A program made the position numbers and the translations under genes. A model generated the notes under the pieces. The model was not told the origin of the DNA. It searched no databases and saw only the letters and a program-made list of their open reading frames with translations. A stretch of 62,629 nucleotides of DNA, counting the filler, from Globobulimina sp. (taxonomy: Eukaryota), in the NCBI GenBank assembly GCA_003354225.1. It is 36 parts of 36 records of this genome, joined end to end, with 100 filler letters (N's around TTAATTAATTAA, not from the genome) between each part and the next. Parts side by side here need not be neighbours in the genome. Positions count along the whole stretch, not along the records: positions 20,917 to 22,559 come from PIVH01013722.1; positions 22,660 to 24,302 come from PIVH01013723.1; positions 24,403 to 26,045 come from PIVH01013724.1; positions 26,146 to 27,788 come from PIVH01013725.1; positions 27,889 to 29,531 come from PIVH01013726.1; positions 29,632 to 31,274 come from PIVH01013727.1; positions 31,375 to 33,017 come from PIVH01013728.1; positions 33,118 to 34,759 come from PIVH01013729.1; 28 more parts are not named here. One strand, given 5' to 3'. Shown piece by piece: positions 20,917 through 33,220 of this stretch (the first letter of the stretch is position 1; each line of letters starts with the position of its first letter).

Positions 20917-22559
20917 TTACAGCGACATAACTATCAAAAATGCAGCAGAGTTCATAGCGAATCTACGACGGAGATTTTTGCATTGGATGACACCTATATT
21001 TCGAAATTCCTTTCCACTAAATATTGCAAACTATATTACGCACGAAAACGAAGAGAGATGGAAGCAATATATGCAAAAAGCCCAAATGAAATCAGAAATG
21101 AAATCTGTCAAACTAATGCAGGCCGCATTGTATTATGGGAAAAATAAAGACCATGGTATTATGATCGGCGATCCTATCACATTGCAGCACATTATCTCTT
21201 TGATTTGTTATTGTCATAACAGTAAATTATGCACTACATTCAGGTATGATATATAATATAATATATGATGTAATGAGTTATATTGTATGTTGTATATACT
21301 CAGAGAGACCTATCGCACTAAAAATGCATTGGAGTCGTTGGAACAGATGAAAAAACGTCATGCATCCTTTGGGCATATGGGGCAGCTATTGTATGAGTCG
21401 TTTATTTTTTTTGCATCCACTGAGAGTAAAATAGAAACACTTTATCATGGCATGTCTGTTAAATTGAGCTTCCCCACACTTTACTGCGCCTTCGATGCTC
21501 CAACCTCAACCACCTGGGATTCTATTGTAGCGTCAAACTTTTGCCACTGTGGAGGCATAATATTACAATTTGAGAGCTGTGAGTCATCGAAATATATACG
21601 GACACTCGACATGTCATTATTCAGTGCGTACGACATTGAGAGAGAACATTTAATTTTCGAAACCCGACTGCACATTGCAAATATCTCTGTGCCTGAGCAG
21701 GGCTGCTGGATCGCACACAAATATATAAAAGCTTTATCATTATATGATTTATTGGCGCATGGAAGCAGTATATACGATAACAAGTTGCTGAAAAGGCATA
21801 ATCAGGACAGATTGTTGGGATTGCTACAACGTGTAATGAAGAATGAGTTGGATGAGTTTCCGCAATATTTGAAGACATTAATTTTATCCGTAACCAAAGA
21901 AAACAAAAAAATATGGCTCAATGCTTCCGAGATAGAACGTTTGCAGAACAATTTGAAAACAATGTTTGTGACAGAAAACGATAAATTTGGCACGTTTATG
22001 TTGTATTTGAAACAGACAAGTAACGCGGTGATATGCCCCATCTTTAAAACGAAATGGAAATTTAATGAGCATACATTTGACCTTATATCAAGATCTAAAA
22101 AGATTCAAAATATGATTATTGCCGGAAAGGGTGTCAATTGCCACATGTCGCAGGGTAAAGAAGTACTTTTTCGACCAGAGTTGACCAAAATTGATGGCGT
22201 GTTTAATGTGAAAATGCAATTATTGAATGTTTATAAGGATTTGCCGATAAGAATACATTTCAACGTTGAATGTAAAGAATTAGACAATTTTTATACTTCA
22301 TCTCATCCGCGATTGATGGATACGCAGCATTTTAGTCAATATGACATCACATTGCCTTATTTAGAGGAGAAAGCAAAAGAATTGAAATCTATATCATTGC
22401 GAATGTCTATAATGATTCACAATTTTGAAGATTTTGAAATAGATCAAGATGATTTCTCATCTAATAATGGGTTGATGATGCAAGATATGGTACATTCGAA
22501 GAAATCGTATGGAATTCCAAGCTGTTTATCAATGTTTTATGGAATAAGCAACAGTGTTG
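20917..22559 (+). CDS. ADP-ribosyltransferase (ARTC/R-S-E)-like domain protein, both ends truncated (intron 21244..21303)
   Basis: LYHG ... PTSTT ... VASNF..GGIILQF ... SLFSAYDIEREHLIF in ART order and spacing. The 60-nt intron gives ..CTTFR|ETYR. Confidence 0.6.
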
Positions 22560-22659
22560 NNNNNNNNNNNNNNNNNNNNNNNNNNNNNNNNNNNNNNNNN
22601 NNNTTAATTAATTAANNNNNNNNNNNNNNNNNNNNNNNNNNNNNNNNNNNNNNNNNNNN

Positions 22660-24302
22660 CATCTTCATTTTCATTTTAATATCATTATCATTATCAAAAC
22701 AGTGTTGCTGTTGTTGCTGTAATGTCGATTTAAATTCTTCCTTTCCTCGATTTATCCATTTCTTATGGTCCTGATTGTCGACTTTATAGCAGCAGCCTCG
22801 AATATGTGCGTCGTGGATCAATGCCTTCCATATTTTATTTGCCTTCAAAGTCATGGAATTGCCCACCACCAAACAGCACAATCTCGCTCTGGTCAACGCC
22901 ACATTCAATCTCCTTAAATCTGTCAAAAAGCCTAAATTCGCCTTTTCTATATTTGTGGCGGCGACGCGTTGCGAGCGCACACACGAAAAGATAATGATAT
23001 CCTTTTCCTGCCCTTGGAAGGACTCCACGGTATCCACCACCACAGAATGCAGCAATTTATTCGAATGATTTAGCAAATGCTTCCGGAATAAGCCAACTTG
23101 GCCGCGGTACGGAGTGACAATGCCGACATTGCCAGTCCATCGCGCTTTGTTTTTCGCGTAGAATTTGTAGCTCATATAATCCAATAATCGTAATATGAAA
23201 TCCAACTCGGCTCTGTTTGTATAGGTTTTGCTGTTTTTCACAAATTCTTCCTGATGGTGGTATACATCGAAAAAAGCATATGGCCCCAATCGCGGATCCA
23301 AAGCGTGCGCCGCCACCAACGGCACCACGTCCTTTGTGATATTGGCCCCATCTTTCAACTGACTGTCATAGAAAGTGACGTTGGGCCAATGTCGAATTTG
23401 CGGATGCATTCGATATTGCACTTGCAACAAATACGGCTGCACTCCCTCACGGATGCAGCGCTCGAAAAAAGAGGTGGAATATCCGAATAAGTTGCAGCAG
23501 GAAGAGATGACTGTGGCCGCCAACTGCTTCTCGTCGCCGACCAACACAATCGAGCCGATATTGAGCTGGAAAGGAATAAGCGTCGAGATCTCGCAAGCTT
23601 GCGTTGACTCGTCGATGATCAACAAATCGAAGTGGATTTTATGCAGAAATGTGGTCGCCGCCGCGGATAACGTACTAAATATTATATCCTGTTCGCAGAC
23701 AATTGCCAATCTATCCGGTTTGCGACGATTAGTATTCAATTGCTTTTCGTTTTGGATTAAATCGTCAATTTTACGTTTCTGCAGCTGAATATTTCGAATT
23801 TTCTCTGCCAAATCTTCCTGGCACTTCTTGTCCGTTTCGCTCATTCCTGTTGACATAAAAATGTATATATCAACACAAGAAAATATATATATTTACAAAT
23901 ACCGGTCTCTCTCTTCAATTTCACCCATTGTGATGTTTGCTGCTTCTGTTCTTTTTCGATTTTCTTGAGTTCATCCTGCAATTTTCGCAATTTACTTTTT
24001 GGGTTTGATAGCTTATCAATATGTATTTTCTCAGCAATGCTCCCGGTCCGCGTACCCGATCCAATGCGCACCATACCAATGTTTCTATTGATTTCGCCAT
24101 TTTGATGCCTCATTTTGTCAAAGGCTCTCGACACAATCTCATCGATGGCAGCGTTGGAAGGAGCACAGCACAAAATCTTCGGTCGTTGCTGCTGCCGCAA
24201 ATAGCCATGTCGCAGCAAGGCAGCATTCATCAATGCGACAATTGTGGTTGTTTTGCCAGTGACGGGCGGCCCTTTTATTAAACTAATATTATTTGCACGC
24301 GT
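22660..24302 (-). CDS. Sen1/senataxin-like (Upf1-family SF1) helicase core, truncated (intron 23847..23902)
   Basis: KGPPVTGKT, CAPSNAAIDE, IIDESTQ, LVGDEKQL, QYRMHP, DTVESFQGQEKD, RLNVALTRAR. Confidence 0.9.
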
Positions 24303-24402
24303 NNNNNNNNNNNNNNNNNNNNNNNNNNNNNNNNNNNNNNNNNNNNTTAATTAATTAANNNNNNNNNNNNNNNNNNNNNNNNNNNNNNNNNNNNNNNNNN
24401 NN

Positions 24403-25318
24403 AACGCACATTTTGAAGGACTCTCTCGGCGGCAACTCGAAGACCATTATGTTGGTCGCCTGTTCGCCGCATATTTATAATCGCAACGAAACGATCCGAG
24501 CTCTGCGCTTCGCCCAAACTGCCAAAACAGTTAAAAACAAAGCAAAGAAAAACGAGGACTTATCAGTGCAGGCACTAAAGCTCAAAATCAAGAAATTGCA
24601 GCAAACGGTGCAGTCCTTGCAAGCGCAGTTAGTGCAACAAAAGGGAATGCAACAGCTCGTTGGCCGAGTTCGTAGACTAAGTAAAGTTTTTTCGAAAAAA
24701 ACATTAAATTTGTCATGTCAGCCAGGGACGGCAGCCGTTAATGTTACCTCACTGTCACCGCCAGACTCGCCACTTTGTACTGTGTCAGAAAGCAAAGAAA
24801 AGCCGGGGCCAATCCCGCCAATGCAATCAATTCAGTTAAATGAAGACGAATGGAGTGCCTCCTCTGACTATGTCTGCTCTGATGACGATATCTATTATGA
24901 AGAGGATTTGAATTATCTTTATCAAATCACTGAGTTACGAAATAAATTGGATGAAGCATTGCAATCAAATGATGTGTTAAATGAAGAGATTGTAAACAAA
25001 AACAATGAATTGGAAGAATGTAATAATAAAATTGAACATTTGCTGTCCTTATCAGATGAATGTGAGCAGTCAGTAAAAATTGAGCAATATTTATCCAATC
25101 TGGAACATCAAAGCATGGCATTTGGAGATGAGAAAATGTTAAAATATTTAATGGAGTTATCACAAAATATTGAGACTACACAAAAGGATATGTCTGATAT
25201 TAAAACAACGATTGGAAAAGGGAGGTCATTGCAGATGAGTCATATTAAAAAAATTGAGAGCCAGTTAGGTCAGGTTTTGTATGCTTTGTTTTGTACATTG
25301 ATCGATGCATTAAATTAA
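24403..25318 (+). CDS. Kinesin: end of motor domain plus coiled coil, 5'-truncated (3' end probably spliced)
   Basis: LKDSLGGNSKTIMLVACSP....ETIRALRFA..AK.VKN. Confidence 0.9.
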
Positions 25319-25783
25319 ATATATATTTTGTTAGATAATGAATATCAAAAGAATTTACGGAGAAATAAATCAAAATCGTGTTGGGCGTATTGTGGTAAAT
25401 GGTGAGTTATTTTAATGAATTATATTTTTGCTATATATTGTTATTATTTGTTGTTTTATTTTGACTCTTTATTAGGTACTAAGACTAGATCCAGTTTAAT
25501 GTGCCAATATATTTAGAATACTGACAATCAGAAACTTATTATCTATTATCCGATTTATATATGGTTTATTTGCATTATTCCATTTGATTGGTTCTCTTAT
25601 TATTTTTGATTGGTTCTATATTTTCATATTTTTATCTTTTTAGTTCCAATATATTCTCCTTTTACTTTTGTATCTATTACATTTGTTTTGTTTGTTATAA
25701 ATCCTATATTGCACAGGATAAACTTTTTTGTGTTGAGTTTTTTGTATAAATACAAAAACTTTTTACACTCTAAATTTCAATTA

Positions 25784-25822
25784 AACCTCGAAAAAGGCAT
25801 CATTTTTGCCGAAACGTCGGTT
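25784..25822 (+). ncRNA. Degenerate Penelope-type (type I) hammerhead ribozyme motif
   Basis: AACC-[TCGAAAA]A-GGCA..TGCC-GAAACGTC-GGTT. Stems I and II and the GAAAC-GUC site are intact, but the CUGANGA core is mutated. Confidence 0.45.
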
Positions 25823-26145
25823 ATCAAACTTCAAAAATACACTGTTCGAAACTTAGCCATCTCTAGAACCAAACACCACAAACCAAAAACATCAAATTCA
25901 AATACAATCAGAAATATATCTATTGAATCTCCCAGGACTCTTTGGATAACGATGGGATCCCATATGAATCTTCATAGAGACTCTGCGTATGACATTCCTG
26001 TTAATTAAGGGCAGATTCGGATTGATTTTATTTTATGAAAGTTGANNNNNNNNNNNNNNNNNNNNNNNNNNNNNNNNNNNNNNNNNNNNTTAATTAATTA
26101 ANNNNNNNNNNNNNNNNNNNNNNNNNNNNNNNNNNNNNNNNNNNN

Positions 26146-27297
26146 GGCTTATTGTGGTTGCTGTTGTTATTTTTATGGCCATTGACTTTCAAGGGCTGTT
26201 GTAGTAATTGTTGAGAGATATTTTTGTTATTTTGTTCATTTAAATTAATCACAGTCATGGAATTAGACAAATCGGATCGGGCTGAATGTACACTTGAGAC
26301 AGACGGGGAATTTTTGGGTTTGCTTTTTTTGCGATGTTTGATTTGATTCTATTTGATATTTCATGTAAAGGGAAGGGTGCAAGGATGGGAAAATAAAAAA
26401 TAAAATAACTTTTGGTTTGTTTTTATTTTTATTTTTTTTACTGTTATTTTTTTTATTACTTTTTAGATTGATTGGTGGCGTTTGGTGCGTTTTGATGGGT
26501 ATATCATCGTCGTCGTTATCGGTGTGGTTGTGATTGGAATGTGCGATATCGGCCTCTGCGTTGAGTACAATATGATACATTTCATCGTCATGATATTGGT
26601 TATATTCTTCATCATCAATGGACTCATCCACATAATATTCAACATCATCTTTGATGTCTTTGTATAATAATGCACTGATATTGGAGTTGAGGATGCGATT
26701 TAGACACAATTCCAACTGCCCTAAGTGCCACTTATTGCGCTCCAATCGTTCATTGATTTTGTTGATTTCAAAGAGATTGTTTTTTTTGTTGCGATGTTTC
26801 TTGCTCTCTCGCCGCGTGCTGCTCTGATATTTTTCTAATTGCGTATCCAAGTCATGGTTTTGAGCGAGCAAAGAGGCGATTTGTTGGTCAAACCATTGCT
26901 TCGATTCGCTTTGTTCGTACGTGAGCACTCCCTTATTATTGCTATCATTGTTGTTTAGTGTTTGCGTTTTTGATTTTCGCAGCGCCTCTTTGGAGTATGC
27001 TTTTGTTTTGGTTTCTTTCTCACATTTTTTGAAGGATTCCATCCTTTCCTCTATCTGTCTCCGCATCGACTTCAAGTGAGATTTGTCTTTTATTAGGTCG
27101 TTGTTGCACCATTGCTTGATGGTGTCACGGTATTTTTGCAATTTTTTGATTTCTTTTTTTAAATCAGATTCTAATCGCTCACGCTGATTGGATGAGCATT
27201 CTTCGATTCGACTGTGAATGTCGTCATAGTTTAGGATGCCTTCTGCACATTTTTTTAAAGTTCGATCTATTTCTGTAAATAACTTTTTGTTTGCCAT
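26146..27297 (-). CDS. NOT3: CCR4-NOT subunit NOT3/NOT5, N-terminal domain, 3'-truncated
   Basis: KKL..EIDRTLKK..EG; RE.LE.DLKKEIKKLQ..RD.IK.W; R..IE..ME.FK..EKE.KTKAYSKE.L. Confidence 0.92.
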
Positions 27298-27888
27298 GTT
27301 TCATTTATCTGAAAGGGTAGGAAAGTTCACTTCACTCAAACTAGACTAGAATGCGAAAACTATGCAATTTTATAATAAAAAGGAACATATTATATTACTG
27401 TACGTATATTACTAAATTTACAATTTTTATGTTAAATTATACTTTTTGATGAGTCGAGGAAATGGCAATACCATTATATCACGTTTCAAATTGTCTAATT
27501 GAGTTTCCATATTACTTTTTGCAATTCTTAATTCTATCACTTGAGTTTCCATGTTAGTTTTTGCAATTTTTAATCCTATCACTTGTGTATTCTTGCAAGT
27601 TATCAATTTTTGCAATTTATCAATTTCTGAATTATGTATTCCTGTTAAGGTATTGTATCACAGGATGTAAAATTTGATATTCCATAAAATCTCCGTCTAT
27701 TTGTATGCATAAAACGAAAAGTTTTGATTCTGTGCAGCTAAAATATTAATAAATAGTGGCTGCATTACCGTCTCTCCAATTTGAATGCNNNNNNNNNNNN
27801 NNNNNNNNNNNNNNNNNNNNNNNNNNNNNNNNTTAATTAATTAANNNNNNNNNNNNNNNNNNNNNNNNNNNNNNNNNNNNNNNNNNNN

Positions 27889-29531
27889 TATCAATATAAA
27901 TAAAATCATGGGCATTATCGCAATTAAATAATTTTCTTTTGGTATTAATATCTTTTGAAAAACGTTCGCTTTCATCTCTTCGCGATCTTTTAAAATGAAT
28001 ACAATCCGTTGATGTTTTTTGTTCGCATTGCAAAGTATCCGTTGGTTTGTGGCCAACAATATGTTCAATGTCATTCAGCAATTTTACCGGGCCATAGCCA
28101 GGTAATGACACCAAGAATCTTCTCATATCGAAAGGATACTTTCTATTTCTTGTTAACTAAATAAAATATATATGTACAAAGATAAATGTATACGTAAATC
28201 AGACAAAAACACAAATGACATAACTTTTGAAGTTAACTGTTCAAAATAATGAACAATAAAATTGGCGCGTTTCATTGCTGGGCATTGTAGTGATAATTGT
28301 TTGTATGTTGTACAATTAGTGCCTGTTTGCTGTGTATTGTTCAATTTTGTCAAATCAAACTCATTAATTTGCTTAAATAATTTCCCCAACGGCCCCGGCA
28401 ATTTACGATGATTGCAATATGCGGCTAAATTCTTTTTTAATTCCTTCTTTTTCAAACCAATGAATTTTTCACCAGAAATATTGTGCTGTTTAAAATAAGA
28501 TATTATCTCATTTTTATATTTAGTAATCAATGGCTGTTTGATCTCATTAAAAATATGTTTATCCAATAAATATGACAACTGTTCGGTTGAAAGTTGGAAA
28601 ATTTGGCATTTATCAACTAAACATTGCACATTTTTGTCAAATCCATTCGTTGTCTCTTGATTTGTGGCCAATATTTGCAATTTTGATTCGAATTCATCTT
28701 TCATTACGGCACTATTTGGAGATTTTGAGCTGGTGCTTATTAACAGAGCGTGATCTTTAATAAATCTATGATTGCAGCACACGACGCACACATTTAATTT
28801 ATTATATTCTCGCCATAAGCCCGCAACCATTAATTTTATATTTTTATATCCACATTCTTGGCAATTCCATGATTTTACATCGTTGTGGTCCGTATCTAAT
28901 TGCATTGTGATGGGAATATCTTCCATTGTATCGCTTGATTTTGGTGATATCGATAACGTGCTGCAGCTGTCACGATTAACAAATACTAATTTACCATTAA
29001 TATCATAGTATTTTTCTAACTTAGGGAACAATCTCAATAAATTGGCAAAGTTAACCACATCGGTTTGATCATCGTCTGTCACTGAATTAGTAAGAAATTG
29101 CCTCATTTCTTTGCTCATAAATTGTGACTCAGAGGAATACGTTTCCAGTGATATTAATCTTTTGTGTATGCACCAACGACCAAATATGATTGAAATATAT
29201 TGAGGCAACTCTGCAAATGGTTCAATTCCAATACGATCCAATATCAATTTCAATGCTAACTGTCGTGTTTCAGGCAAATACAAGGTATTATTTAATGTGT
29301 TGTAATAAGTAATATCATAAATTGTTTGCGTGAATATCTTTTCTAAATATAATATGGCATAATTATACATTGTAAAGTCTTGTGTTCCAACTTTGATTGA
29401 ATATATTTGCAATTTAGATGCTCCCATAAATAGCCTGTATATAAAACAAAATAAAATCTGAAAAAAAAAGGGGAAAAATGCATACCATTCGTTATTATCA
29501 TAGCCGGACCATTGAGATGTCGACACACATT
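27889..29531 (-). CDS. Multidomain protein: ART-like C-terminal motif, zinc ribbon, SAM-like segment, helical module (introns 29435..29485 and 28157..28224), truncated
   Basis: After splicing: SQWSGYDNNEWLFMG..LQIYSI; WNCQECGYKN..CVVC; IISYFKQHNISGEKF; CPAMKR..F..HY...LLNDIEHIVGH. Confidence 0.6.
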
Positions 29532-29632
29532 NNNNNNNNNNNNNNNNNNNNNNNNNNNNNNNNNNNNNNNNNNNNTTAATTAATTAANNNNNNNNNNNNN
29601 NNNNNNNNNNNNNNNNNNNNNNNNNNNNNNNA

Positions 29633-29773
29633 CATGGAGATGGTGCTTCAGGACAATTAATGGGATACAGGCTTGATGAAAATGGAAAGCGTCCAGATAA
29701 CAGCTCTCCCGTTCAAATTATAGGAGATTAAATGCATAATTTTTTCATAACAGGATTACCCAGAACCAGAACC
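29633..29773 (+). other. Prokaryote/phage-like operon junction fused to a eukaryotic gene
   Basis: ORF end ..PVQIIGD-TAA directly followed by ATG, with AGGAG 5 nt upstream. The new ORF MHNFFITGLPRTRT is a sulfotransferase-like P-loop start that breaks off. Confidence 0.5.
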
Positions 29774-29795
29774 GATCGTTTGTAATATGTTACAG

Positions 29796-30859
29796 CCACA
29801 ACAAATCGAGCACGAAAATATCATCAAAGTCTACGACGTGTTCGACGAAAATAACACATTATTTATCGTATTGGAGCTGGCTTTTGGCGGCGAATTATTT
29901 CAAAGGATTATCGATTGCAAGAAATTGGAGGAAGATATCGCTCGATATATCGTCAAACAATTATTGGATGCCATTATGTATTTGCATGACCACAAAATCG
30001 CCCATAGAGACTTGAAAGTTTTGTTATCTTTTTATTTTCTATGTGTATCGATATAATCCTTGCACTGATATGTATGTCTAAACTATGTGTATAAAAGCCA
30101 GAGAATATTTTAATGGTTAAAAAGGATTCCTGGGATATCAAAATAACAGACTTTGGCTTATCGCGCTTATTGCAGTACAATGCCGATATGTTCACCACGA
30201 TGTGTGGTACGCCTTTGTTTTTGGCGCCGGAGGTGTTGACCAGTAAAAAGTGCGGCGGCTATGGCTTCGAAGTGGATTATTGGTCCATTGGGGTCATATT
30301 GTATTTGATGTTGGTGGGACATCCGCCGTACAATGAAAAAGAAGGCAATCTGTTGGAATTGGTGAAGAATGCAAAGTTTTCCTTTCCCAATGCGACGTGG
30401 TCCAAAGTGTCCAAGGAAGCCAAGGATTTGGTGAGCAATTTGATGCGCGTCGATGTGAAGAAAAGGTACAATGGACAACAAGTTCTCGAGCATGAATGGA
30501 TGAATCCGCATACACAGACTAAGAATGCTATAAATGCGAAAAAGAGAAAGATTGATGCGTCGATATCGGAGAGTAAAGAGGAGGAGGAGCCGCCGAGGAA
30601 AAAATGCAAAAAAGACAAGAATTTGATGTCTATGGATTCATTGACTCATATTCATTTAAGTAATTTGACCCCATTTGATTCGATAATCGATAGAGCTGAA
30701 CCCAAGAAAGGTAAACATAATCAATTTGGTAATGATGTGCAACATTTTGGTGATGATAATAAGTGTGATTTGAATGGAAATGACCCAAACGGAAATGGAG
30801 CCAGTTTTGTGTTAAAAAATTCTGTTTCAATGAAGGAAATGAGTTTGGATCAGCTATGA
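29796..30859 (+). CDS. CAMK-group (Chk2/CaMK-like) Ser/Thr kinase lacking subdomains I-III (intron 30018..30097)
   Basis: HENIIKVYDVF, GGELF, HRDLK|PENIL, ITDFGLSR, CGTPLFLAPE, DYWSIGVI. Confidence 0.92.
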
Positions 30860-31453
30860 GCTATGCGCTATAGTTCAGTTTCAAACTCGCCGTGCTTTGT
30901 TTTTTGTTTTTTTAATTTGTATGTTTATAAATAGAGCAAAGTAAAGTATTGCAATATAAACTGAGTAACTCGACATAGACAATAATTCTCTCCGTTTTTT
31001 TGAAATTATACATTTAACGGCGGTGTTTTTAATATACGTGTTTTTCATTTTTGTGGTGGTTTAATTTAATGTTTTTTTTCATGTCAATTGTTTGAACATT
31101 TATGATTTTTTAACCCATATAGCGGTTTGTAATTTTTTTTCATTATTTATTTGGTTATGCTTTTAGTTGGGGATTTAAATTCAAAATTTGTGATCTGTGC
31201 TTATGGAACCACAGTTACTTTGTTTTATTTTAGTTTTTTTTAACAGTATTTTATTTTTTCCCAATTTACTCTCANNNNNNNNNNNNNNNNNNNNNNNNNN
31301 NNNNNNNNNNNNNNNNNNTTAATTAATTAANNNNNNNNNNNNNNNNNNNNNNNNNNNNNNNNNNNNNNNNNNNNGACTATTGTGTATGACTACACTGTAC
31401 GGCGGTACTGTGTACGACTACTATGTATGAATACTATGTCTATTTTTTTTTTT

Positions 31454-31945
31454 TCATACTATGTCTATATTGATATCATTGCGGTGCTGTATCATTTGTG
31501 TATATGTGCCATTATCTGTTTTATTCGCAACAACATATTTCCAACACATAACCAATAAATATCCCAGAAAAAAATGGCCATACATTTTCTGTCTAAGAGA
31601 GCCTCGAATGGTCTTTCTGATGTTGGTGGGGATGAAATAATTTAATAAAAGTACAATCCATCTTTGTATTGCTGTATTATTTAGATGTTGCACAGAAATA
31701 AGAATCAAGGAGATGTTATAACGTGTTCCTAGTACAGAAAAATGGTGCACGTTATAGTTTGGGTTAGAAAACTGTTTCTGTAGTTTGTCGATTTGATGCG
31801 TAGAAGCTAAGTATTGCACATATTGTGTTGGGAATTCATTAGCTAAATATCGCGCATATTTGGTGTGGATAAGGTTGTTCAATGAACTGTATACGGCATC
31901 ACATTCGCAGCCATAATATCGAAGCACATCTATGGCTTTTGACAT
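31454..31945 (-). CDS. Hypothetical protein
   Basis: ATG ORF MSKAIDVLRYYG... of 163 aa. No family recognised. Confidence 0.4.
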   Translation of the reverse strand: MSKAIDVLRYYGCECDAVYSSLNNLIHTKYARYLANEFPTQYVQYLASTHQIDKLQKQFSNPNYNVHHFSVLGTRYNISLILISVQHLNNTAIQRWIVLLLNYFIPTNIRKTIRGSLRQKMYGHFFLGYLLVMCWKYVVANKTDNGTYTQMIQHRNDINIDIV

Positions 31946-32096
31946 ATTTATGGTGTAAAATGTTGTTTTGTGCAATTTTTGTGAAAAAATTGTGAGCTGA
32001 ACTAGATTAAATAGAAACAAAAAAGAACAAAGAAAAAGGAACAAAAACTCACAAAATGGAAAATAAAAATAAGAAAAGATAGACTAAGGAAACAAA

Positions 32097-32924
32097 TTAC
32101 AAATAAGAGGGACCATTGTCCACTTTACGTTTGGCGATCATATGAGCCGTGTTCTTCAGAAGAATACAGCTAATCTCCGATGTAATGATATTAATAATAA
32201 TATTTGCATTGATATTAAATTTTGATCCATATTGATTTGCGATTCGCTTAACAAGTAGTTGAGCGGGTAAACTCCACCCACCACTTCTTTCAAATGCAAT
32301 CGGTTGAAATTTCCAATGAACTGATTTAATATCCTCTTGATACTTATGATATTTATTTCGAATGGCAATGTCAGCCGAAATACCGGGAAGCCGGATAGTT
32401 TCGGCCAACTGACTCAATTTATACGGTGACACCACGGTCACATCAAATGCATAATCCTGGCCTTTCAAATAATTAAATAAATATAAATCTGCCGGTTTCG
32501 CACCGGAATCCAATAAACCTGGCTTTTCTTTCTTTACTAAAAATCCAGCCCGCTTTGCATAATGAACGAGGCAATCCCGAATTTTATTATGTGTTCGGGT
32601 AAATAATCCGTCTTTGCTCCCACAATTTATACAGTGGGCACCGTACGCATCCATTTCTTTATCGCAATCCACGCAGTTCTTTTCATCCACATTCCAATCG
32701 AATATCTTCCATCCATACCGCGCCGATGTGGCTAACTTATACGATAAAGGCGACAAAATCGTTGCCGACCTCGTGGGCTTTGCACGGATCCAAGCTCCCG
32801 CGTTGGCAGACTTTGCCGTTGAATGCCTACTTTTGTCGATAGCTGAACTCAAATTAGTCTCATATTGAGTCAGCCTGAAATCCTTGATATGCTCTGATAC
32901 AATTTGCGTTAGAACAATACACAT
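32097..32924 (-). mobile_element. 3' part of a CRE/SLACS-type non-LTR retrotransposon (CCHC finger plus restriction-like endonuclease)
   Basis: AGAWIRAKP, CVDC.......HCINC, RTHNKIRD, KPADL, FDVTVVSP, K..KY, FQPIAFE..GGW. Confidence 0.85.
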
Positions 32925-33220
32925 TTACATTATTGGATGAAACTCATAAAGATGAGCTGATAAATTTATTATCAATTCAATTCTCCAATGAAAGCAATAC
33001 AATAACGCATACAACATNNNNNNNNNNNNNNNNNNNNNNNNNNNNNNNNNNNNNNNNNNNNTTAATTAATTAANNNNNNNNNNNNNNNNNNNNNNNNNNN
33101 NNNNNNNNNNNNNNNNNTTGCGATCAACATGGGAATATGTATCACATTTTGAATGGAAGTTGCCATTTTGAAACATTGTGGTCCAGTGTAATGTTTTCCG
33201 AACAATGATTTGTGATTAAG

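Noticed and set aside
22806-23788. Antisense and alternative-frame ORFs over the helicase (likewise over CPS and the kinases)
   Set aside because: Shadow ORFs of GC-richer conserved coding sequence, with no motifs.
24255-24275. Walker A variant GPPVTGKT in the Sen1-like helicase
   Set aside because: A single substitution with GKT intact; it could be tolerated or a sequencing error.
31375-31440. Short GACTA/TGTA-rich degenerate repeats at a contig start
   Set aside because: Too short and irregular to call a telomere or an array.
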